Assembly (NCBI GenBank): GCA_019057475.1
Contig: DXJO01000004.1
Location: forward strand, 74,953 to 138,952
DNA: 64,000 nucleotides
Reading direction: 5' to 3'
Source: Candidatus Thorarchaeota archaeon
Lineage (GTDB): Archaea > Asgardarchaeota > Thorarchaeia > Thorarchaeales > Thorarchaeaceae
Under the pieces are notes generated by a model. The model made no database searches. It had not been told where the DNA came from and saw only the letters and a list, made by a program, of their open reading frames with translations. A program made the translations under genes and the position numbers. Position 1 is the stretch's first letter. Every line of letters begins with the position of its first letter. Below, piece by piece: positions 46,849-56,045 of the stretch.

Positions 46849-49497
46849 ATGAAATTGAGCAAAACAACAGAAGCCAAAGACAAGAAGAAACGCATATCCA
46901 TGAAGATTGAGGGGATGCACTGCGCTTCTTGTGTGGCATCAATCGAAAAATCACTACTGGCACAAAACGGTGTCATTCGAGCAACGATTAGCCTCTTGGA
47001 TGAGAAGGCTGTTATCGAGTACGAACCAAAACAAGTAGACAGAGCTTCTCTAGAGAAAGCGATCGAGTCAACTGGCTATCGTCCGATGCGACCGGCAATG
47101 ACATTCAGGCTCGCTCAGAAACCAACCGAAGAAGAATGGGGACTGATTCCCTCGCGAATTGGTGATATTGATGGCGTGCTCAACGTGGATACATTTCCGA
47201 AATCCAGCCGCATTATTGTGGAGTATGACGAGGACCTTGTCACACTCAAGATAGTAAACCGCGCCCTGAAAGAGATGGGACTAGAGATAGAGGAAGGTGC
47301 TGTATCACACTCGGATAGGGAAACCCTGGCAAGGGAGAAGGAGGTCCAGTACTATTCCAGACTGTTGGCTTTCTCCCTAGTTCTTACAATTCCTGTAGTT
47401 CTAATTCATTTCGGCCTTCTTGCACCGTATCTTCCAGCGGATTTTCCACACAATCTAGTCATGTTCGTTCTGACAACACCGATTCAGTTCATCGCTGGCT
47501 ATCCTTTTCTCAAGTCGGCTCTTAGAGCTGCACGCCACGCCAAAACGAACATGGACACTCTCATCATGATTGGAACAAGTGCGGCCTACTTCTATTCAGT
47601 TGCGACCACATTCATTCTGACGGGATACTCCTCATTCTATGACACTGCAGCACTGTTAATTACGTTCATACTGCTAGGTCGAACACTCGAGGCTATAGCA
47701 AAAGGCAGGACATCAAGAGCCATTCGAAGCCTCATGGACCTTCAAGCAAAGGTTGCAGTAGTGGTGAGGGATGGAAAGGAAATCAAGATCCCAATTGAGG
47801 AAGTCGAAGTAGGTGATGTCGTACTGGTTCGGCCCGGTGACAAGATTCCTATCGATGGCGAGGTTGTAGAGGGCAAGTCTAGAGTCGACGAATCAATGAT
47901 TACTGGTGAACCAGCGCCGGTAAGCAAGAGTGTTGGCGACTCAGTAGTTGGCGCGACAGTGAACAAGAATGGCGTTCTCAAAGTCCGAGCAACAAAAGTC
48001 GGCAAAGATACTGTTCTTTCGCAGATTGTGAAAATGGTTGAGGATGCCCAGACCAACAAGCCTCCTATCCAGCGCAAGGCCGACGCCATCGCGAATGTAT
48101 TCACGCCAGTTGTCTTGACGATATCGATTGCCACTTTCCTGTTGTGGGCCGTGGTTTTGGGCCAGGACTGGACTCTGGCGCTGAGCTTTTCGATAGCTGT
48201 GCTTGTAGCAGCTTGTCCGTGTGCCCTTGGTCTTGCTACACCCACGGCAATAATGGTGGGCATTGGAAAGGGTGCTCAACATGGCATCTTAATCAAGACC
48301 GGCTCAGGCCTTGAAGTCATTCCCACTATCGATACTATCGTTTTTGACAAGACCGGAACTCTTACGATAGGGAAACCTACCGTCACTGACATACTTGCAG
48401 TATCTGAAGCCAATGAAGAGGATGTGCTCCGCCTAGTTGCGGCTGTGGAGAAGAACAGCGAGCATCCACTAGCGGAGGCAATCGTTTACTATGCTGAGGA
48501 GCAGGGGATAGAGATTCCGCAAGCTAGTGATTTTGTGTCAATGACAGGGTTAGGAGTCCAAGCGACAGTTGAAGGCGCTACTCTTCTCGTTGGCAACGAT
48601 CGCCTGATGAGTGAGAATTCAGTAGAGTTTGGAGACCTTCAAGAACACGCTTCGATGCTTCAGGAACAGGGGAGGACAACAGTCTTCATCTCCGCTGATG
48701 GGAAGCCACTGGCCGTCCTGGGGATTGCAGATAAGCTGAAGGACACCTCTGCCCATGCTGTAAGGGCATTGCAGAAGAAGGGCATCAATGTCTGGATGAT
48801 TACAGGCGACAAGACGAAGACAGCTCAAGCAATCGCCACTTCGATAGGCATCAAGAATGTAATGGCTGAGGTGATGCCGGCAGAGAAGGCGAGCAAGATT
48901 AAACAGCTTCAATCTGAAGGACACGTTGTAGCAATGACTGGCGACGGTATCAATGACGCTCCCGCTCTTGCACAGGCTGATATTGGGATTGCTTTGGGCT
49001 CAGGAACTGATGTGTCTGTTGAAACAGGTGACATCGTTCTAGTGAAAGACGACCTGATGGATGTGGTGTCAGGAATTGAGCTCGGGTCTAGAACAATGAC
49101 CAAGATCAAACAGGGTTTCTTCTGGGCACTTATCTATAATATGGCATTGCTCCCGTTGGCAGCAGGTTTGCTTTATCCTGCTTTCGGGATTGTACTTCGC
49201 CCTGAGTTTGCAGGACTTGCTATGGCGCTCTCCAGTGTCAGTGTTGTTACCAATGCGCTACTGCTCAACAGGTTCAAGCCGGCGAAGCACGAAGAGGGTC
49301 CTGATGCTGAACCAACATCGCAGGAAGCGGTTTCGAAGATTGCGATTGATCCAATCTGCAAGATGGATGTGGACACTGCTTCTGCAGAGCTTTACAGTGA
49401 CTACAATGGCAAGCGCTACTACTTCTGTGCTCCCTATTGCAAGACAACTTTTGATGCTGATCCCAGCAAGTACGAAGGCCAAGATGTGAAACACTAG
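46849..49497 (+). CDS. copA: Cu(I)-translocating P1B ATPase with N-terminal HMA and C-terminal YHS/TRASH domain
   Basis: GMHCASC, TGEP, CPC, DKTGT, SEHP, GDGIND, YN and MALSS, DPICKM..YFCAPYC. Confidence 0.97.
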   Translation: MKLSKTTEAKDKKKRISMKIEGMHCASCVASIEKSLLAQNGVIRATISLLDEKAVIEYEPKQVDRASLEKAIESTGYRPMRPAMTFRLAQKPTEEEWGLIPSRIGDIDGVLNVDTFPKSSRIIVEYDEDLVTLKIVNRALKEMGLEIEEGAVSHSDRETLAREKEVQYYSRLLAFSLVLTIPVVLIHFGLLAPYLPADFPHNLVMFVLTTPIQFIAGYPFLKSALRAARHAKTNMDTLIMIGTSAAYFYSVATTFILTGYSSFYDTAALLITFILLGRTLEAIAKGRTSRAIRSLMDLQAKVAVVVRDGKEIKIPIEEVEVGDVVLVRPGDKIPIDGEVVEGKSRVDESMITGEPAPVSKSVGDSVVGATVNKNGVLKVRATKVGKDTVLSQIVKMVEDAQTNKPPIQRKADAIANVFTPVVLTISIATFLLWAVVLGQDWTLALSFSIAVLVAACPCALGLATPTAIMVGIGKGAQHGILIKTGSGLEVIPTIDTIVFDKTGTLTIGKPTVTDILAVSEANEEDVLRLVAAVEKNSEHPLAEAIVYYAEEQGIEIPQASDFVSMTGLGVQATVEGATLLVGNDRLMSENSVEFGDLQEHASMLQEQGRTTVFISADGKPLAVLGIADKLKDTSAHAVRALQKKGINVWMITGDKTKTAQAIATSIGIKNVMAEVMPAEKASKIKQLQSEGHVVAMTGDGINDAPALAQADIGIALGSGTDVSVETGDIVLVKDDLMDVVSGIELGSRTMTKIKQGFFWALIYNMALLPLAAGLLYPAFGIVLRPEFAGLAMALSSVSVVTNALLLNRFKPAKHEEGPDAEPTSQEAVSKIAIDPICKMDVDTASAELYSDYNGKRYYFCAPYCKTTFDADPSKYEGQDVKH

Positions 49498-49931
49498 TCA
49501 TCCGTGTCCTCAACAAAATCGCCTGACTCACTGTGGATGTCCTTATAGAAGTCGTCTGGCTCGCTGTAGATTTCATCATAGACGTCATCGGACTCACTAT
49601 TAGATTCAAGTCCTCTGCCCACTAAGAGCTTGATTATCTTGATGAGTGTATTCTCTGCCGCGCCATGAGATCCCCAGTTAATGTTGAGTATTCCTCCCCC
49701 TCCGCCACTTGCCACGACGGTTATCGCGCATTTTCTGGTATCTGACAGCTGCTCCACAACTACGCTAATGGTTTGGTAGCTGCTTGTTCTAAACACATAC
49801 TCATCGTGAATGAACAGCCCCACTAATCCGACTTCATTATGCCATACTCTACTGAACTTCCTGGAGTATCGCCGTTTCAGAACATCCAGTATTTTTCTTG
49901 TGAACTCCCCAGGGACCTCTATCGTTTTCAT
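49494..49931 (-). CDS. Hypothetical protein (DUF6054-like) with acidic repeat tail
   Basis: [28 protein letters not shown] pattern; repeat tail. Confidence 0.75.
   Translation of the reverse strand: MKTIEVPGEFTRKILDVLKRRYSRKFSRVWHNEVGLVGLFIHDEYVFRTSSYQTISVVVEQLSDTRKCAITVVASGGGGGILNINWGSHGAAENTLIKIIKLLVGRGLESNSESDDVYDEIYSEPDDFYKDIHSESGDFVEDTDD
49506..49601. repeat. Three imperfect 33-bp tandem repeats (11-aa unit)
   Basis: gtcctcaacaaaatcgcctgactcactgtggat / gtccttatagaagtcgtctggctcgctgtagat / ttcatcatagacgtcatcggactcactatt. Confidence 0.8.
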
Positions 49932-50092
49932 CTGTTGCTTTCCTACATGAGATGCCTTGCGGCAGTGTCCTCAGGTACTTGTTGTTTTGAAAACATATTA
50001 AGATGCAGTAGGTTTCGTTAACTTCGCGGAATTAGGACTAGGCTAGTCCTTAATAGCCGCTTTGAGCTCTAGAAATGTAGCAACATGGTTAT

Positions 50093-51484
50093 TTGGTGGA
50101 TACCGACATGTTAACTCGGCTACAGAAGTTCTACTTCGGGATGGCCCGTTTGGGGCCAAGCGTTATGCTCGACATGCTTGACTTGGCGAGCGCGCTGTTT
50201 TATTTCTCAATACAGGATCTGTCGGCTTTTCACACCGGCGTAGCTATCGCGATGAGCTACATTTCTATCATGGTTTCCGAACTTACATTTGGGAATCTAA
50301 GCGACAGGTTCTCTTCCAAGAAATGGGGCCGCAGAAAGCCGTTCATCATGGTTGGTGCTCCATTGATGGCAGTGACATTTCTCCTCATCTTCACGCCACA
50401 CCTGTTCTTGGTACAAGGTGATTCATGGGGCCTGTTCATTTACGCCCTCGTCACAATGAGTCTGTTCAAGGTCTGCTACGGAATGACGATGACTCCGTTC
50501 CAATCATGGATGCCTGAACTAACCGAACCAGAAGAGCGTCCTTCAGTATCCTCCTGGCAAAACGTGGCAAACTTCCTTGGCTTCGTGATAGGCACATTTG
50601 GGACTGCGTTCATTGCGATTGAGGCTGCGGCATGGGGGCTACCAACTGAGATTCTAGTCATGATTCTGCTCTTCAGTGCGATTCAGTTGATTGGTTTCGT
50701 CGCACCAGTTGCCAACCTGAAGAGAGAAGGTAAGTCTATACTCAAACCTAGTTTCACCAAGGACATCGGCAGAGTCCTTAGGAATCGTGATTTCGTTGGG
50801 TGGTTGGTGGCACAGGGCTTGTTATCAGTTGGAATTGCTATGACTATGAAATCCACTTTCCCATACATCTACGATTATCTTGTCTTCGGAACGACGGAAT
50901 TCCTGATCTTTGCTGTGGAGCTGTTGTCTGTTGTGTTCATCTTCTTCATGATATATCAGTGGATGATCAAGAACAGAGGTAAGAGGTTGACGTTGCAGTT
51001 CGCAATGCTTCTGATTGCATTGTCACTGCCTTTCACATTCGTGATTACAGATGCAATTGGAGGCTTTGCCTTGATTGCCTTCGCAGGGGCCGGGATTGCT
51101 GGTTACTATTTGTTCCCCTACATCGTGTATGCGGACTTCGCACACAAGGATGAGATAATCACTGGTGAAGGTCGTGCAGGATTCTACACCAGCTTTCCGT
51201 CGATTCCCATCAACGGCATGCAAGCGTTCTCAGCGATTCTCTGGGGTTTAATATTCAGCTTACCTGCTATTGTTCCCGTTCCGGGCGACCCCACCGCAGA
51301 TTTGGTGACTCAGGGCTACTTGTATTGGGGGCCCATCTCTGCCATCTTCATCTTGCTGGCCATTCTTGTACTGTTCAAGGTGGATCTGGACCCGGACTTC
51401 AACGCCTTGAAGGCTCAGTACGAATCAAGCGATACCCCTATTGCGGAGGAAGGCTCAGCCGTCAAGTCTGATGGAGAGGAGTAA
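50093..51484 (+). CDS. MFS transporter, GPH/MelB-like family
   Basis: GNLSDR..WGRRKPF, PELT..ER, GEGRAGFY; 12 TM. Confidence 0.93.
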   Translation: MVDTDMLTRLQKFYFGMARLGPSVMLDMLDLASALFYFSIQDLSAFHTGVAIAMSYISIMVSELTFGNLSDRFSSKKWGRRKPFIMVGAPLMAVTFLLIFTPHLFLVQGDSWGLFIYALVTMSLFKVCYGMTMTPFQSWMPELTEPEERPSVSSWQNVANFLGFVIGTFGTAFIAIEAAAWGLPTEILVMILLFSAIQLIGFVAPVANLKREGKSILKPSFTKDIGRVLRNRDFVGWLVAQGLLSVGIAMTMKSTFPYIYDYLVFGTTEFLIFAVELLSVVFIFFMIYQWMIKNRGKRLTLQFAMLLIALSLPFTFVITDAIGGFALIAFAGAGIAGYYLFPYIVYADFAHKDEIITGEGRAGFYTSFPSIPINGMQAFSAILWGLIFSLPAIVPVPGDPTADLVTQGYLYWGPISAIFILLAILVLFKVDLDPDFNALKAQYESSDTPIAEEGSAVKSDGEE

Positions 51485-51499
51485 GCAGTTAATGGAGTT

Positions 51500-51537
51500 C
51501 GGTATCCTGCGCAGGGATGCCGTTCTCTATTCCTTTT
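51500..51537 (+). terminator. Hairpin plus pyrimidine tract after MFS gene
   Basis: CGGTATCC...GGATGCCG stem then TTCTCTATTCCTTTT. Confidence 0.5.
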
Positions 51538-51570
51538 GTCGCCATGCGGAGTTTGAATCATTCATAACGC

Positions 51571-51607
51571 TTATATATATCACATTTGATATCACGCGTG
51601 ATATCAC
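51571..51607 (+). promoter_or_regulatory. TATA-like box plus perfect 20-bp palindrome (putative PadR operator)
   Basis: TTATATATA 51571-51579; TGATATCACGCGTGATATCA 51587-51606; ATATCAC at 51577, 51589, 51601. Confidence 0.75.
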
Positions 51608-51642
51608 TAATGACATAAGTCAGTCATAATAGGTGTAAAGTC

Positions 51643-52401
51643 ATGCATCCATTTGCTAGAGTGGCAAAGGTATTCCTTGAGAAGGGCGCGACAAGCCCCA
51701 AGACCGCTCTCAAATGGAAAGAACTCGGTTTCTCAATGGAACTAAAGAAGAGAGTTGATGCAACGCAGGGTAAGGACAATCCCGTCATACGCACAGATGG
51801 GAAATACTACCTCTCGAAGACGTGTCTGGAAGCGTTTCGGACGCGAATGAGGCAAGCTCACCCGATGAGGCGTTGGCTCCAGCACACTGCCGCTGTGCCC
51901 AAGGGATTCCTCAGGTATCGAGTCATGCAGCTTCTCAAGGAGCGACCCATGTCAGGGTCCGAATTGACCTCTGAGGTCGAGAAGGAAACCGGTGGTCGCT
52001 GGAAACCGAAGCCTGGGTCCATGTATCCGTTGCTGAAACATCTACTGAAAGATGGGCTCACAACGGAGCTACCAGTTGAAGGTGGAATTAAGAGGTATGA
52101 ACTCACTGAAGAAGGCAAGACTTTCTTCGAGGAGGACGTCTGTGGAAGTGGAGAAATCCGGGCAAAGCTGGGTTTCGGGCATTTTCCAATGCACTCTTTT
52201 CCCTTCCTATCTGGACTCTCTGATGCCGAGCTTGAATCGCTTCCTCCTCCTCAAAGGGTGCTCTTGGGACTGGCATCGCTGCGACGCATCATGGCTATCG
52301 ATGTTTCTGAGAAGGCAATGTCCGAGGTGGAGGATATGATGATCCGCTTCGCCAACGAGATTGAGAAGCTAGTCAAGAAATATTCGAAACCTGCCGATTG
52401 A
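51643..52401 (+). CDS. PadR-family regulator with extra N-terminal domain
   Basis: VPKGFLRY..LL.ERPMSG.E..WKPKPGSMYPLL..Y.LTEEG; N-terminal GATSP..ELG..GKYYL module. Confidence 0.92.
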   Translation: MHPFARVAKVFLEKGATSPKTALKWKELGFSMELKKRVDATQGKDNPVIRTDGKYYLSKTCLEAFRTRMRQAHPMRRWLQHTAAVPKGFLRYRVMQLLKERPMSGSELTSEVEKETGGRWKPKPGSMYPLLKHLLKDGLTTELPVEGGIKRYELTEEGKTFFEEDVCGSGEIRAKLGFGHFPMHSFPFLSGLSDAELESLPPPQRVLLGLASLRRIMAIDVSEKAMSEVEDMMIRFANEIEKLVKKYSKPAD

Positions 52402-52440
52402 CCTTTGCTATTAGTGACCTATTAACAAAGGTGTAAAGAA

Positions 52441-53124
52441 TTGACAACAGTATTGGAAGTAGAAGACATAACAAAGACATACATGATGGGAGAAATTCCT
52501 GTCAATGCCCTGCGTGGACTCAGCTTTGAAGTTGAGAGCGGCGAGTATATCGCAGTTGTGGGTCCCTCGGGAAGTGGAAAGTCAACGCTGCTTAACATGA
52601 TTGGTGCTCTTGATAGACCTACCAGCGGGAAACTTATGATTGAAGGTGTTGATGTGTCGACTCTCAGCGACAATCAGCTGGCGGATACAAGGAAGAACGT
52701 TGGATTTGTCTTCCAATTCTTCAATTTAATTCCGCGGCTAGATGCTCGGGGCAATGTGGACTTGCCATTGGCCATCGCCGGTGTTCCGAGAAGCGAGAGA
52801 AAGAAACGCACCGAAGAGGTGCTGACAAGCGTTGGGCTGGAAGATAGAATGCACCACAAGTCATCTGAACTCAGCGGTGGTGAGCGCCAACGTGTGGCGG
52901 TAGCGCGGGCGATTGTGACCAACCCCGCATTCATACTTATGGATGAGCCCACGGGAAACCTCGACTCGAAGACAGGTGGAGAAATCATGGACCTTGTGAA
53001 ACAGCTAAACGAAAAACAAGGGGTCACCCTGATTGTAGTAACTCATGATCAATACATTGGACAGCAAGCAGATCGAACGCTGCATATGCTGGATGGAGTC
53101 ATCGCATCGGACGTGGTGAACTAG
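52441..53124 (+). CDS. MacB/LolD-type ABC ATPase
   Basis: GPSGSGKST, GFVFQFFNL, LSGGERQR, DEPTGNLD. Confidence 0.95.
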   Translation: MTTVLEVEDITKTYMMGEIPVNALRGLSFEVESGEYIAVVGPSGSGKSTLLNMIGALDRPTSGKLMIEGVDVSTLSDNQLADTRKNVGFVFQFFNLIPRLDARGNVDLPLAIAGVPRSERKKRTEEVLTSVGLEDRMHHKSSELSGGERQRVAVARAIVTNPAFILMDEPTGNLDSKTGGEIMDLVKQLNEKQGVTLIVVTHDQYIGQQADRTLHMLDGVIASDVVN

Positions 53125-54402
53125 ATGAAGTCAAGAGACGTTTTTTCATTCTCCTTTGGGGCTGTGCGGCTTAGAAAGATGCGCGCAGGACTGACAATCC
53201 TAGGCATAGTCATCGGTATCGCGGCGATTGTTGCGCTAACCTCCATAACGACAGGACTGCAAGTTACGATAACTTCCGAACTGGGGGCGGGATTCTCAAG
53301 TGATACTGTGACAGTATCTACACAATCGTTTAGGATGTTTGGTGGTGGTACATCTGACTTCACCTTGCTTGTGAATGACACCGATACAATCAACGAGATT
53401 GAAGGTGTTCAGACATCTGCTGCCATAATGTCGAAATCAGTAATGCTTGATTTCGGATCTACAGAGCTTCCGCTGAGTGTAACTGGAGTTGAATATACTG
53501 CTTATGCTTCAATATATTCGAGCTTTGTGGCTGAGGAGGGATCAATACCGGAGACCCCCGTAAACAACTCCGTGGTTATCGGGTCGAGAGTTACAGACCC
53601 ATGGGATAATGGTACTGTGATTGCTGAAGTTGGCGACACTATACTGATTTCATGGACGCATCGGGTTGGCCTCGAGATGGTGGAAGAAAATTACACTGCT
53701 GAAGTTGTAGCAATTCTTGAGGAGATTGGCGGTTTCTCAATGGGACCAAATGACCTCGGACTCTACATTCCCCTTTCCACGGCCCAATCCTTCTTCGACA
53801 CTGATGAGGTGAACTCAATCGCGGTTCAGTTGGTGAGCGATGATGAGGAACTCATCGAAACTGTGTCTCAGGCCATTGAAGACGCATTCGATGGGCTCGT
53901 AACTGTCACATCACCCACGGCCCTCCTTGAAACCATGTCATCAGTCTTTGACATCATCTCCCTATTCTTGATCGGAATCGCTGGCATATCGCTCTTGGTA
54001 GCTGGTATCGGTATCATGAATATCATGATCGTGTCGCTGATGGAGCGAACCCGAGAGATTGGTATCCTCAAAGCTTTGGGCATGAAGAGTCGAACCGTTT
54101 TGGGAATCTTCCTTACGGAGGCGTTGGTGGTTGGACTTGTAGGAGCTGTTGTTGGCGTTGTCACTGGGTACTCCATTGCAATGATATTCGCAGCCTTTTC
54201 TGGCGGACTGCTTGGTGGCATGCCTGGACGCGAGAGCAGCGGTGGCCCATCTTCAAGCTTGATGACAATCACGCCTATCTTGACGATGGACATCATCTTG
54301 GGCGCCATGGCGTTTGGTGTGCTTGTGGCGGTGATATTCGCCCTCTATCCTGCCTGGCGCGCATCGAAACTCAACCCGGTGGATGCTCTAAGGTACGAAT
54401 AG
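53125..54402 (+). CDS. MacB/FtsX-type ABC permease
   Basis: LTILGIVIGIAA, GIMNIM..ERTREIG, YPAWRASKLNPVDALRYE. Confidence 0.95.
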   Translation: MKSRDVFSFSFGAVRLRKMRAGLTILGIVIGIAAIVALTSITTGLQVTITSELGAGFSSDTVTVSTQSFRMFGGGTSDFTLLVNDTDTINEIEGVQTSAAIMSKSVMLDFGSTELPLSVTGVEYTAYASIYSSFVAEEGSIPETPVNNSVVIGSRVTDPWDNGTVIAEVGDTILISWTHRVGLEMVEENYTAEVVAILEEIGGFSMGPNDLGLYIPLSTAQSFFDTDEVNSIAVQLVSDDEELIETVSQAIEDAFDGLVTVTSPTALLETMSSVFDIISLFLIGIAGISLLVAGIGIMNIMIVSLMERTREIGILKALGMKSRTVLGIFLTEALVVGLVGAVVGVVTGYSIAMIFAAFSGGLLGGMPGRESSGGPSSSLMTITPILTMDIILGAMAFGVLVAVIFALYPAWRASKLNPVDALRYE

Positions 54403-54441
54403 AATATCGAATTGCCAACGCGAGCAATTTTCTCTCAATAG

Positions 54442-54485
54442 GCCTGCGTCGTTTTCTCCGCGGCGCAGGTCACCTTTTTTCTTTC
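54442..54485 (+). terminator. Hairpin plus U-tract after PadR-ABC operon
   Basis: GCCTGCGTCG...CGGCGCAGGT stem followed by CACCTTTTTTCTTTC. Confidence 0.6.
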
Positions 54486-54502
54486 GACTGTTCAGTTCTG
54501 AC

Positions 54503-54979
54503 TTAGCAATCAAACTTGTCTAGTTCGCCCTGGCAGGTCTTCTTGTCCTCAGGGTCGCTTACCTCTTCGATAGCCTTCTGAGAGAGTTGTTTGTACTTCT
54601 TGCACTCTGTCTTCTTCCCAGCTACTGCATATGCCCTAGCTAGCACTTCGTACACAAAGGGCATATCCCAGTCATTGAAGTTCTTATCGCTGTCCTTGGC
54701 CTTCTCAGCAAGCTCCAGACATCGCTTTGCATAATGTAGAGCGGGGTCTGCTCGTCCCTTCTTGGCATGGACTCTTGCTATCATGTAGTATCCTCTGACA
54801 GCATTAGCGAGAGTGCCAATCTTGCCCCAGTGATAGGTAGAGGTGTACGCCATGAACATGGCTTCCTCCAGCTCCTCAGCAGTTGGGTCGTCTTTGTCAA
54901 GAGCGCTCCAGATTGCGTTATTTGTTTCCATTGCAATCTTCTTATGAAACTCATTCAACGTCAATTTCTCATCTGTCAT
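54503..54979 (-). CDS. Conserved all-helical (TPR-like) hypothetical protein
   Basis: NNAIW..L, AYTSTYHW, IARVHA, DWD..F.YE.LARA; GGAGG RBS before ATG 54979. Confidence 0.85.
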   Translation of the reverse strand: MTDEKLTLNEFHKKIAMETNNAIWSALDKDDPTAEELEEAMFMAYTSTYHWGKIGTLANAVRGYYMIARVHAKKGRADPALHYAKRCLELAEKAKDSDKNFNDWDMPFVYEVLARAYAVAGKKTECKKYKQLSQKAIEEVSDPEDKKTCQGELDKFDC

Positions 54980-55116
54980 GTTGCGTCCTCCACTAGCATG
55001 TATGCCCAAATGCATTTAGCTGCAGTTACTCATCTACCTTTGGGTTGCATAGGAATTTGGCTCCTATGTCATAAAGGATAGTCAGGCTTTTCCTGTCTGT
55101 TTCCATTTTTGCTAGA

Positions 55117-55893
55117 CTAGTACGCAAGCCATCCGCCATCTACGGCAAGAGTATGTCCCGTGATGTATTTGGCATCCTCACTTGCCAGGAAGCAAGCTGC
55201 GCCGCGAATCCACTCGTTCTTTGCCAGCATGGGTAATGCGGTTCGTGGTTCAATCATGGTTTCCCGCAGCTTCTTGTCCTCCATAGCTCCAATCGACATC
55301 GCTGTTGGAAAGAACCCTGGTGCTATTGCGTTTACTCGAATATTGTATTGTCCCAGTTCCACGGCCAGTGCCTTCGTCATAGTCACTAATCCTCCCTTCG
55401 ATACGTAGTAGCTGACCTCTGTAAACATAGTGCCGCCGAAACCAAATGTCGAAGATATGTTGACGATGGATCCTGACTTCTTCGGAATCATCACCTTTGC
55501 CGCTTCTCGTGTTGCCAGGAATGCTGACGTCAGGTTGACATCCATCACGGTATGCCAATCCTCGAGAGTCTGCTCAATCAGAGGCTTCACGATATACATT
55601 CCTGCATTGTTGACAAGCACGTCGACCGTGCCGAGTTGTTCAACCGTATGCTTCACGAGGTTGATGATATCTGACTCAACTGCAACGTCAGTCTTGTATG
55701 GGATTGCAGTGACTCCATGCTTATCTGAAACGTCCTTGGCTATCTTTTCTAGTAGCTCCATTCTACGTGCAGCAAGAACCACGTTTGCACCTGATTCGGC
55801 GAAACCATGAGCGAACTGTTCGCCGAGTCCAGCTGATGCGCCTGTGATAATCACTGCCTTTCCTTCAAGCTTGTACTTTGCCATGCTAGTCAC
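55117..55893 (-). CDS. Classical SDR oxidoreductase (FabG/gluconate-5-dehydrogenase-like)
   Basis: TGASAGLG, NNAG, NISS, YYVSK, VNAIAPGFF, VDGG. Confidence 0.95.
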   Translation of the reverse strand: MTSMAKYKLEGKAVIITGASAGLGEQFAHGFAESGANVVLAARRMELLEKIAKDVSDKHGVTAIPYKTDVAVESDIINLVKHTVEQLGTVDVLVNNAGMYIVKPLIEQTLEDWHTVMDVNLTSAFLATREAAKVMIPKKSGSIVNISSTFGFGGTMFTEVSYYVSKGGLVTMTKALAVELGQYNIRVNAIAPGFFPTAMSIGAMEDKKLRETMIEPRTALPMLAKNEWIRGAACFLASEDAKYITGHTLAVDGGWLAY

Positions 55894-56045
55894 CAGTTCT
55901 TAGCTTGTGAATTTCCCATTTGCGCATGCTCCCATATAAACTGTAGACAAGGCGCTCACATCGCTGTGTAGCTGCATTGTTCTCAAACTAGACTTATTAG
56001 AATAGAATGGCCTTAGTGAGGTAGACAGCGTGGAGGAATAGGGCA

